Assembly (NCBI GenBank): GCA_963667845.2
Contig: CAXXVL010000002.1
Span: forward strand, 672,001-736,000
Length of the DNA: 64,000 bases
Direction: 5' to 3'
DNA from: Smithellaceae bacterium
GTDB lineage: Bacteria > Desulfobacterota > Syntrophia > Syntrophales > Smithellaceae
Position numbers and translations under genes: made by a program. Each line of letters starts with the position of its first letter. Position 1 is the first letter of the stretch. Below, one piece after another: positions 29,775-38,650 of the stretch. The notes beneath the pieces were generated by a model, which worked only from the letters and a program-made list of their open reading frames with translations, was not told where the DNA came from and did no database searches.

Positions 29775-29833
29775 ACATCATATAAAGCGTATTATTTTTT
29801 AGAATTCTGACTATCTTTTAATCAATGAGACGC

Positions 29834-29873
29834 AGCCACCGAACTCGCTTTTTGTTCTGGTGGTTTTTTATTT
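29834..29873 (+). terminator. Terminator/attenuator hairpin within the RRM gene leader
   Basis: AGCCACCGAAC...GTTCTGGTGGTT running into TTTTTTATTT. Confidence 0.55.
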
Positions 29874-30086
29874 ACCGCACTGCGATGACGAGATCCTCTG
29901 AATTGCAGGCGATATCGATAAGCCTGGCGGGAACGCGCAGGCCGGTGAGGCATACAGGCCCTCCCTTCAACCTTCCTTCTCAATCAGGAGCTGGATGGGG
30001 GTGATGACGATGCTTTGTGGAACCCCACGGGGGAATGAAGGTTTAACATATGCCAAACAGTTGGCATAAAGAGAAAGGGAACTAAA

Positions 30087-30443
30087 ATGAACAAGAATTT
30101 GTATGTCGGCAACCTGTCTTTCAAGGTCACGGACGAAGACCTGAAGACGAACTTTGCGGAAGCAGGAGAAGTAGTCTCCGCTTCTATTATTAAAGACAAA
30201 TTTACCGGTCAGTCCAAAGGCTTCGGTTTTGTCGAAATGAAAACCGAGGAAGGCGCAACGCAGGCCATTCAGAAGTTCAACGGTGGCATGCTGGATGGCA
30301 AGGCCATTACCGTTAACGAAGCCAGACCGAAGAAAGAATTCGGCGCGGGCGGCGGCGGAAACCGCGGCGGCGGTGGCGGCGGTTATCGTGGCGGCGGAAA
30401 CCGCAGCGGTGGCGGCGGCGGAAACCGCGGCGGCAGATATTAA
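30087..30443 (+). CDS. RRM RNA-binding protein with Gly-rich tail
   Basis: LYVGNL (RNP2), KGFGFVEM (RNP1), VNEARP, GGGGNRGG repeats. Confidence 0.95.
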   Translation: MNKNLYVGNLSFKVTDEDLKTNFAEAGEVVSASIIKDKFTGQSKGFGFVEMKTEEGATQAIQKFNGGMLDGKAITVNEARPKKEFGAGGGGNRGGGGGGYRGGGNRSGGGGGNRGGRY

Positions 30444-30467
30444 GATCCGTTAGAAATTTTTGATTTT

Positions 30468-30515
30468 AAAAAGAGCAGAAGGCAATTGACCACAAAACTT
30501 CTGCTCTTTTTTTTT
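30468..30515 (+). terminator. Intrinsic terminator after the RRM gene
   Basis: AAAAAGAGCAGAAG...CTTCTGCTCTTTTTTTTT. Confidence 0.8.
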
Positions 30516-30753
30516 ACCTCAAGATCCCATACGAGGCGTACGTAAGCACCTGGCAATCGTAACCAGAACTATTGACGAAATGAGATCATCATCAATTCTT
30601 TGTTCCCACTCCAAACCGCATTTTCAGTCTTAAACTAGGACGTGATTGCCGACAGACTCCCGGCACTGCAGCGACATTCCGCTGCGTTGATACATTTCAT
30701 TTATTTCCGCAATCGCTGATCCCGGATGATTTCCGGGAGGAGCACCCATAAAT

Positions 30754-32055
30754 CTATTTACTTGAATTAATATACTCGGTAATTTTCGCTGCGATGGTTT
30801 TAACCACATATTCAAATTCATCGACATCCTTGTCCAAAAGCGTCATGCGGAAACCAAGGAGCGGTGAAAAGAAGGATGTCAGCGGCACAACACAAATTCC
30901 GGTTGAGGCCAGCAGATAGTAAACGAACCGCTTGTCGTATTCAATATCCTTCGTAAGACTTTCCACATAACTTCGTACCTCAGGCTGCGCAATAGGTAAG
31001 GTTTGCCGTTCATTGAGCACTGATTCGTTGAAAACAACCGTCATATAGAATGCGCCGTTGGATTTGTTGGAGATCACAAAGGGAACATCCTTCAAAACGC
31101 CGTAAGCGATAGCTGACAATTTTTCATAATGTTGCGTACGTTGCCGCAAGTAATTCTTATATTCGGGATGCGTCATAATCCGGGGAATTGCCATCTGAGG
31201 CAAAGTCGTGGAGCATACCTCCGACATTTTCTGATGCAAAATCGTGTTGATGAAACGGGCAAAAATTGGGTCCTTTTCCGCATTATAGACTTCCATCCAG
31301 CCGCAGCGCGCACCCGGCCAGGGAGCCTCTTTGGAGATGCCCTTCATGGCAATGCCCGGAACATCGCCGATGACATCGCCGATCGGCACGGTTTTCTTAC
31401 CATTATAAACGATATTAATGTAGGTTTCGTCGGAGATCACGAAGAGATCATTTTCTCGAGCGATCCGGACAACGTTTTCCAGCGCCTCCGTGGGATAGAC
31501 GAAACCGGTGGGATTGTCGGGATTGATAATTAAGATGCCGACAATCGCCCGGTGACTTCTCACTTTTTGCTCCAGTTCGCGCAGATCCGGATGCCAGTTG
31601 TTGTATGGATTCATCCGGTAAGTATTGGGCGGGAATGACGCATGAAGGACTTCCGCCATCAGGTGCGTGGAATAAGTCGGCTCCGGCATAATCATGCGGG
31701 CATCCACCTGGATGGAACTGTAGGCGCGGGCAATAGCGTCGCCCAGACCATTGAAGAAGATAATGTTTTCCGGTGTAATTTGAACTTTGCCTCGCGCGTT
31801 AACGCGGTCGGCAATAAATTGTCGGGTGTCGTCCACACCCTTGGTCGGGGAATAAGCGTATGAAGCATTGTCCTTAAGTATATCGATCAGAACTTCCTTC
31901 ATCCAGTCCGGAATATTTTCACCTTTTTGAACCGGATCGCCAATATTCTCCCAGATTATTTTTAGTCCGTATTCCTGCATTTTTTTAGCGATGAGCACAA
32001 TATTGCGGATTTCGTACGTCAGTCCGCTGCCGCCACGTGAAATTTCAAACCGCAT
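30754..32055 (-). CDS. PLP-dependent aminotransferase class I/II (AlaA-like)
   Basis: NIGDP, INPDNPTG, SDETY, GISK...PGARCGW. Confidence 0.9.
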   Translation of the reverse strand: MRFEISRGGSGLTYEIRNIVLIAKKMQEYGLKIIWENIGDPVQKGENIPDWMKEVLIDILKDNASYAYSPTKGVDDTRQFIADRVNARGKVQITPENIIFFNGLGDAIARAYSSIQVDARMIMPEPTYSTHLMAEVLHASFPPNTYRMNPYNNWHPDLRELEQKVRSHRAIVGILIINPDNPTGFVYPTEALENVVRIARENDLFVISDETYINIVYNGKKTVPIGDVIGDVPGIAMKGISKEAPWPGARCGWMEVYNAEKDPIFARFINTILHQKMSEVCSTTLPQMAIPRIMTHPEYKNYLRQRTQHYEKLSAIAYGVLKDVPFVISNKSNGAFYMTVVFNESVLNERQTLPIAQPEVRSYVESLTKDIEYDKRFVYYLLASTGICVVPLTSFFSPLLGFRMTLLDKDVDEFEYVVKTIAAKITEYINSSK

Positions 32056-32325
32056 AAGTTACTTAACTCCTTACGTATTTATATAGAGACCCATAATACA
32101 TATTTTTTAATTTATCCAGGATTTTTTAATTTTCGTATTATTTGGAAATCCGGCAATCATTTTCTAAAGGACAAAAAGAATATTTCGTGATATTGAGGCG
32201 CCCGAGACTGGAAAATAACTCCTTAATAAGGTAGGCCCTCCTGGCAGAGAAACCTTCCCCTTATTCCCTAAGGCTTGCTAACAAGAAGTCTCACCATTAC
32301 ATTATAAAATAAAAGGATATTGACT

Positions 32326-33501
32326 ATGGAAGATACAAAGACTTTTGCCGAAATGTTTGAAGAATCTTATGCCACACCCAAACGCTTTGCTGTGGGAGAA
32401 AAGGTGGACGCGCTGGTGGTTAAAATTTCCCCGGAGTGGATTTTTATAGATCTCGGCGCCAAAAGCGAAGGTTATATTGACAAAAAAGAATTCCTCGATG
32501 ATGCAGGCAATCTTAATATTAAAGAGGGCGATACCGTCACGGCTTACTTCCTTTCATCACGCCATAGCGAAAGACTCTTTACCACCAAGCTGCTGGCTCG
32601 CAAAAGTGTGGATGAATTCCTGGTCAATGCTTATCAAAATGCAATCCCTATTGAAGCAACTGTGGAGAAAGAGGTAAAAGGCGGCTTTTCCGTAAAAATC
32701 AGTGCAAGCGCGAGCGGTTTTTGCCCTTTCTCACAAATGGACAGGAAAAGAATCGATAATGCAGCGGATTATGTCGGCAAGAAATTCGATTTCATCGTCA
32801 TCGAATACGGGGAAAATGGACGCAAGATCGTTTTGTCGCGACGTCCCTTGCTCGAAAAAATCGAACAGGAGAAGAAGGCCGTCCTGAAAGAGTCGCTGCA
32901 AAAGGGCATGACGGTGCAAGGCGTTGTCACTTCCGTACGCGATTTCGGCGCGTTTGTTGATATCGGGGGCGTGCAGGCGCTCTTACCGGTTTCGGAAATG
33001 GCCTGGGGCAGAGTCGAAGATACCAAGTCGCTGTATAAGCCGGGGGATACCATCGAGGCCATCATTATCAACCTGGACTGGGAAAACGATCGCGTGACCC
33101 TATCATTTAAGGATACGCTCCCCGATCCCTGGAATGATGTCGTGCGTAATTACGTTGAAGGCAGCATTCACAAGGGCAAAGTATCGCGACTGACAGATTT
33201 TGGTGCGTTTATCACACTGGAAGCCGGCGTAGACGGCCTTTTGCACATTTCCAAGCTCGGTCGTGGCAAGAAGATCAAACATACCCGCGATGTGCTTTCC
33301 GAGGGACGAGATATTGATGTGAAAATCGAAAAAATCGACCGGGATAATAAAAGAATCTCTCTCGCTCTGGCCGAAAGCAGCGAAGAGAAAGAGGCCTCGG
33401 AGGGAGAAAGCGGTGACTACAAGAGCTACATGCCCAAAGCACCTAAGACGATGGGCACATTCGGCGACCTGCTGAATAAATCGAAAAAGAAGAATAAATA
33501 G
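32326..33501 (+). CDS. rpsA: Ribosomal protein S1-like protein (four S1 domains)
   Basis: S1 repeats (IDLGAKSEG, GFCPFSQM, DFGAFVDIG, DFGAFITL..GVDGLLHIS); probably a short paralog. Confidence 0.8.
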   Translation: MEDTKTFAEMFEESYATPKRFAVGEKVDALVVKISPEWIFIDLGAKSEGYIDKKEFLDDAGNLNIKEGDTVTAYFLSSRHSERLFTTKLLARKSVDEFLVNAYQNAIPIEATVEKEVKGGFSVKISASASGFCPFSQMDRKRIDNAADYVGKKFDFIVIEYGENGRKIVLSRRPLLEKIEQEKKAVLKESLQKGMTVQGVVTSVRDFGAFVDIGGVQALLPVSEMAWGRVEDTKSLYKPGDTIEAIIINLDWENDRVTLSFKDTLPDPWNDVVRNYVEGSIHKGKVSRLTDFGAFITLEAGVDGLLHISKLGRGKKIKHTRDVLSEGRDIDVKIEKIDRDNKRISLALAESSEEKEASEGESGDYKSYMPKAPKTMGTFGDLLNKSKKKNK

Positions 33502-33640
33502 GAATCAGGCGTCTGCCCTGAAGCGACACAATCATAAAGAAAAAGGTCGTGAACGGCTTACAACCGTTCCCGCTTTTGTTATTATATCCAAATTTATCTC
33601 AAAGCGCTTTCCTGCTGCCGTCAGCATAAACTGAACCGCT

Positions 33641-34084
33641 GTGACCCTGCACCCATTATCAGAACGCGGTTTTCGAGAGACGAACGCGCTTTCAACGATC
33701 GGTTTTCAAATATTATCAGGGCATCTGCCGGAATCGGTTCTCTTCTCGGATAACAAGCGGATGGAGATCAGTCTCGGTGATTTCGGGATTCACGGTAGCG
33801 ATATAGCCAACCGCCTGCAGAATTCGTATCAGAGAATCGAGACTCACCTTCATCATTCCCCGGTATCCGGCTAATCATTCACCCGTAGTTCACGCTATCC
33901 TTGAACCGGAATCACCGCGGACTGCGCCCAGGCAGGTTGCTAAAATGCTGATGACCTGGGTGCAGACGCGAAACGAATTGCGACCAAAGGCATTGGTAAA
34001 TATCGTCCTACCGTACGGAACGTCAACGAAGCACAACGGTTGAAAAACCATCGAGTAGAAATGCAATTGACAGATATTCAATGA
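33641..34084 (+). pseudogene. Decayed OmpA/MotB C-terminal-domain gene
   Basis: One frame reads LPESVLF ... LGADAKRIATKGIGKYRPTVRNVNEAQRLKNHRVEM, with three internal stops and a frameshifted AQAVAKML segment. Confidence 0.7.
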
Positions 34085-34250
34085 TGATCAGCGATACCGG
34101 ATCATTCCGGCTCTGGAAACGAGGCGGACCTGCTGCCTTTCTTTATTATGATGACCATCGCGAAACTTCCATCATGAAAAGAGATTCTCATGCCTTGAAC
34201 TGATGCCGGGACGATATGGTGAAAGATTTATTGAAAGGCTGCTCCCTGGG

Positions 34251-35417
34251 TTAGAACCCAACAATAGAGAGTCCGATCGTGCCGACAAGTGCGTGGGCAA
34301 TCCAAACGCCGAGCAAGTTATGCGTCCGGGAGTAAAGCCACCCGAAATAAACGCCGGGGATAAAGACCAGCAGAGCAATCTCGAGCGACATAAATAGATG
34401 CATCGTACTGAAGAGGAGATTGGAAACGAGGATGGCGAGGGGAACTTTATATTTTGATGAAAGGAATTCCTCCAAAGGGCCCTGTAACCCTCCCCGGGAA
34501 AGAAACTCCTGGAGCGGAGCCACAATCAGAATATAGATGAACAGAAACGTCCACCACGTTTTCGGATCGGCATTCATAGAGGCAATTCCCTCGATAAGCG
34601 GCTTGCCCATGTAACCGGACACATAATTAATGAGCACCCATTTCAAGGCCAAAATGACGATGCCAAACGGAATCGTAAAAACGATACCTTCTACAATAGC
34701 CTTTTTCCAGTTGACCAAGGTCAAACCAAATGTCGAAAGAGGGAAACTGGATGTTTTCATAAAAATGATAAAGAAAATGAAAAAGGCGAGAGTCAGCGGC
34801 AGCGTGATGTAGCTGCTGTTCTTGCCGACGTTCATCACATACTTCAGACCATCCAGACTGAAGGTAAACAACGACAGCATGATGACGATATAAACAAAGA
34901 AGTTACCCAGAGTAACGCGGGTTTTAAATTCGTCCAATTGTCTTTCCAGAGCCTGCAGGGCCACATCATTGGAATGGCGAAGCCGCTGGCCGATGTTCTT
35001 AGTGAGATGATAAAAAATGCTGTAGATCGCTTTGTCTTGATTGGCAATTTCCTGCAGATCGCTAAAGGATATACTGCGCAAGCGGCACGGTAATTTCGCA
35101 CAGGCGGAAGCCGACCGGAGCCCGCTGTCCAGCAGCGACACTTCGCCTACCGTATCGCCGGCTTTCAGTGTTGCGATCACGTGATTTTGTTTGTGTTTGG
35201 CGTCGTAGCGGCTGATTTCGAGAGTGCCGTCAATGATCAGGAATATCTCACGGGCTTCGTCCCCTTCATGCATCAGGTAACAGTCTTTATCCAGTGTAAT
35301 TTCCTTACTGATGGAAAAGAGCGTTCTGATCTGCTCCTCGCTCAGGCCTTCAAAGAGAGAATTTTTTTGGGATCGTTTGTAAACGTTATCGGAGGTAATC
35401 GGATCATCCACGGCCAT
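34251..35417 (-). CDS. cNMP-binding domain fused to CPBP (CAAX protease/Abi-family) intramembrane domain
   Basis: LFEGL, EGD, GEVSLL...RSAS phosphate-binding cassette; then multiple TM helices with QEFLSRG, FSTMH, WLYSRTHNL..W.AH. Confidence 0.85.
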   Translation of the reverse strand: MAVDDPITSDNVYKRSQKNSLFEGLSEEQIRTLFSISKEITLDKDCYLMHEGDEAREIFLIIDGTLEISRYDAKHKQNHVIATLKAGDTVGEVSLLDSGLRSASACAKLPCRLRSISFSDLQEIANQDKAIYSIFYHLTKNIGQRLRHSNDVALQALERQLDEFKTRVTLGNFFVYIVIMLSLFTFSLDGLKYVMNVGKNSSYITLPLTLAFFIFFIIFMKTSSFPLSTFGLTLVNWKKAIVEGIVFTIPFGIVILALKWVLINYVSGYMGKPLIEGIASMNADPKTWWTFLFIYILIVAPLQEFLSRGGLQGPLEEFLSSKYKVPLAILVSNLLFSTMHLFMSLEIALLVFIPGVYFGWLYSRTHNLLGVWIAHALVGTIGLSIVGF

Positions 35418-35693
35418 ATCTTAACCTGTCCCGGTTTGTTTTCCAGCCAGCTCCAATTATTGGACTGCGAGTATATGAAGATGTTATGTGCCTGTCAAGA
35501 CCTTCATTGCGGCATTCTCCTGAGTCGGAAAGTATAAACTTCTTATTGAATATGTCTCGGGACCATGATTTACTTGCCCGCGGGCTTGAGTTCGGGACTG
35601 CGGATGCTTATTATAAGTCGCATAGCGCTTCCGGATCATGAGGCGAAGAAGTCGCCCGGAAAACAAAAACAATGCTGGTGGTGAATAGACAAT

Positions 35694-36326
35694 ATGGGTT
35701 TAATTCGACTGTTAATGAGCGACCCGGTCGCCTTCGTTATGCTGTCTGTGTTACTTTTGTATTCAGTGATTTTACACGAACTGGCCCACGGCTGGGTGGC
35801 CTACCGGATGGGCGATGCCACGGCCAAGTGGCTCGGCAGGCTGACACTCAATCCGCTTAAACACCTCGATCCCATCGGCTCACTGATGTTGCTCATTATC
35901 GGATTCGGCTGGGCCAAACCCGTCCCGATCAATTTGGAGAATATCCCGGCACCGCAAAGACGAAAGGGCCTCATCCTGGTATCCGCCGCCGGTATCACGG
36001 CAAACATCCTGATTGCTTTTTTTGCACTGCTTGCCTGGCGACTCCTTTCTCCGGAGCCCGGCGGTATGATCTACCAGGTACTGTATCTGCTGTCCTACAT
36101 CAACATCATGCTGGCCGCATTTAACTTGATCCCGATTCCTCCCCTGGACGGTTCGAAAATCCTGATGGGGTTTACGCCGGAATCGATTAACCGCATCCTT
36201 TATCAAATTGAACCGTTCGGCTTCTTTATTGTGTTGGGTCTCTTGCTTCTGGGCGCACTGGACCCGGTGATTCATTTATTTCAGTATGGCATTATCACAT
36301 TTATATCCTTATTTTTGCCTTCATAA
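35694..36326 (+). CDS. Site-2 protease family (M50)
   Basis: HELAHG, GD.T, NPL.HLD, GWAKPVP, FNLIPIPPLDG. Confidence 0.92.
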   Translation: MGLIRLLMSDPVAFVMLSVLLLYSVILHELAHGWVAYRMGDATAKWLGRLTLNPLKHLDPIGSLMLLIIGFGWAKPVPINLENIPAPQRRKGLILVSAAGITANILIAFFALLAWRLLSPEPGGMIYQVLYLLSYINIMLAAFNLIPIPPLDGSKILMGFTPESINRILYQIEPFGFFIVLGLLLLGALDPVIHLFQYGIITFISLFLPS

Positions 36327-36354
36327 AATAAACGAAACAAAGGAGGAAAACATC

Positions 36355-36933
36355 ATGGTAGTTTTTTCAGAGCTTCTCCAGAAAAGGCGGGCAATCCGGG
36401 ACTACGAAGAAAAAGAGGTACCTCTGAAAGTGATTGAGGAAATCCTTCAGGAATCGACGCTTGCGCCGTCCGCCAGCAACAATCAGCCCTGCCGTTTTGT
36501 TGTGGTGCAATGCCGTAAGACGATTAAGAACCTGTCCGATGACAGTAAGGCTAATCTCCTGCGGGATAATGCTGAAAATAAAATCAAGCTTAATTCCGAC
36601 TATGTTGCGTTTCTTCAAAACGCGAATTTCAACGTCTTTTACAATGCGCCTTGCATCATTTATATCGTCGGGCCAAAATCGGTGGGTTCGCTCGATGTGG
36701 ATGCGGCACTTGCGGCAAGTTACATCATGTTCAGCGCAGCGGCCCGCGGTTTGGGCACCTGCTGGGTTGCCCTGGGCGCCAACATTCGCGATCCGCAGCT
36801 CAGAGGAGAGCTGGGCATTTCCGACAATCACCGAATAGTGGCGCCGCTTATCATCGGCTACCCCAAAACGATCCCGGCGCCATCCGAGCGCCACGCGCCG
36901 GAAATTCTGCGTGTGATCACCGAAGCGCGTTAA
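36355..36933 (+). CDS. Nitroreductase family protein
   Basis: RRAIRDY, APSASNNQP, AP..I, GLGTCW, GYP; ATG 36355 after AGGAGG. Confidence 0.9.
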   Translation: MVVFSELLQKRRAIRDYEEKEVPLKVIEEILQESTLAPSASNNQPCRFVVVQCRKTIKNLSDDSKANLLRDNAENKIKLNSDYVAFLQNANFNVFYNAPCIIYIVGPKSVGSLDVDAALAASYIMFSAAARGLGTCWVALGANIRDPQLRGELGISDNHRIVAPLIIGYPKTIPAPSERHAPEILRVITEAR

Positions 36934-36940
36934 CGCTGGA

Positions 36941-38638
36941 TTAAATATCGTAAGCGAGGTTTTTTAATCCGGCGGCGGTTTTTTTCATCCAATGGATGCG
37001 GATAATCCGGCGGCCTTTGTCCGTAAGCGCCCACAGATCACCCTCCGCCTGCGCCGCTTTGAGTTCGCCGAAGGTCAGCGATGATTCAGGCATTCCGAGG
37101 ACATCGGGAATGTCCAGATCTGATGTGATGTCCTCGGTCAGTTGAATAAATAATCCACGGCCCGCATCGCCTTTGTGCATCTGGCCGGTCGAATGCAAAT
37201 AGCGGGGACCATAACCCACTGTTACAGCCATGCCATATTTTGCGGTAATTGCTGTCCGCAATTCGTTCAGAGCCTCATCGATTTGGGGCGTTGGACTCAA
37301 ATAGACTTGCAGTCCAACATAGGCATTGGCCGTCGCTGACATTAGAAAATTCTTTAATGCATCGGAAATGGTGGTCCCGGATGTGGCGCCGTAAAGAGCG
37401 GCGCCGTTGTCGGTCAGCGATGCGAGTCCTTTTGGCCACGTGTTGCTCTTTTTATATTCCTTAATCGCATGATTTGTATGAACTTTGGTTGCTTCGACAT
37501 CGGGTTGATCAAACGGATTAATTCCCAGGAGATGAGCGGCAACGGCTGTCGCCATTTCCCATAGAAACATTTGCCCCCCCAGATCATACGCATCGCCAAC
37601 CCGTATTTTCAGGATGGGATGTCCGGCCGTAGCCAGCTCCGTTATTCGTGAACTCCATTCGTCATCGGTCTCATGAAAAAAAACAAATACGCGGTCGTTG
37701 CGGTAAACGCCGACGTCCATCGGCGGCTCGTCCAGTACCGGCAGAATCCCTTTGCCTTCTTTACCGGTGCTCTCGGCAATCAACTGTTCCAGCCAATCAC
37801 CAAATGGCTTCCATGACGGCGGAAGGATCAGGGTAAGCTTGTCGCGGTTATATTGTGCCAGAGTCCCCAGAGCAGCGCCTAAAAGACAGCCGGTCGAGTC
37901 GCCTTTACCGGAAAAAAAATCCGCCTTTTCCTGCCCCGCGACCGCGGCTGCGTTTTGCAGAAGCCTTTCAATTTGAACGCCGATCAATGCGGCCGGGATC
38001 ATTCCGACCAGAGATAACGCCGAATAGCGGCCGCCGATATTAGGATTGTTGGAAAATACGTATGGAAGCTGCAACTGCCAGGCCTGCTCAAGCATCGGGC
38101 TGCCTTCGTCCGTAATGATCATAAAATGCTCGTTGGCCGAGACACCCGGCTGTTTTGCGGCCAGATTATAAAAATAATTAAAAAGTGAGGTAATTTCCAG
38201 AGTCCTCCCGGACTTGGAGGAAACAATAAAAAGTGTTTTGTCTATGTTCAGTTTTTTTGCAACGACGGCGATGGCCAGGGGATCCGTTGTATCGAGGATC
38301 TGCAGTCTTGGAAATCCGGGCGCGCTTCCAATCATTTTATTAAACACTTCGGCGGACAGGCTGGAACCTCCCATTCCCAGAAGAACGACATCATCGATAC
38401 TGCCATTCGTGAATGGTTCGAGGGATGTGCGGATACGGTTGGCATTTGCAGATGTTTCGACCGGAGCGTGCATCCAGCCGAGACGATTGGAGATTTCCTG
38501 TGGCGTCGGTTTCCAAACGCGGAAATCGTTGGCCCAGATGCGCGCGGCAATATTGCTGCGCCGCATTTTTTCGAGCGCATTGGTCACTCCGTTTTGATAA
38601 GCGCCAAGTAGGAAAGAAATACCGGCCGTCTTCATCAC
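36941..38638 (-). CDS. pgi: Glucose-6-phosphate isomerase (resembles the Pgi half of Tal-Pgi fusions)
   Basis: GMGGSSL, SSKSG.T.E, GGRYSALS, EQLIAESTGKEG, NPFDQPDVE, GPRYLHSTGQ.HKG. Confidence 0.85.
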   Translation of the reverse strand: MMKTAGISFLLGAYQNGVTNALEKMRRSNIAARIWANDFRVWKPTPQEISNRLGWMHAPVETSANANRIRTSLEPFTNGSIDDVVLLGMGGSSLSAEVFNKMIGSAPGFPRLQILDTTDPLAIAVVAKKLNIDKTLFIVSSKSGRTLEITSLFNYFYNLAAKQPGVSANEHFMIITDEGSPMLEQAWQLQLPYVFSNNPNIGGRYSALSLVGMIPAALIGVQIERLLQNAAAVAGQEKADFFSGKGDSTGCLLGAALGTLAQYNRDKLTLILPPSWKPFGDWLEQLIAESTGKEGKGILPVLDEPPMDVGVYRNDRVFVFFHETDDEWSSRITELATAGHPILKIRVGDAYDLGGQMFLWEMATAVAAHLLGINPFDQPDVEATKVHTNHAIKEYKKSNTWPKGLASLTDNGAALYGATSGTTISDALKNFLMSATANAYVGLQVYLSPTPQIDEALNELRTAITAKYGMAVTVGYGPRYLHSTGQMHKGDAGRGLFIQLTEDITSDLDIPDVLGMPESSLTFGELKAAQAEGDLWALTDKGRRIIRIHWMKKTAAGLKNLAYDI

Positions 38639-38650
38639 AGATCTCCTTCG

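Noticed and set aside
30346..30436. GGC-rich tandem repeat
   Set aside because: Encodes the ordinary Gly/Arg-rich tail of the RRM protein
30647..30738. Three short hairpins between the RRM and aminotransferase genes as an ncRNA
   Set aside because: Stems of only 5-7 bp in a convergent 3' region; explained by terminator/UTR structure or chance
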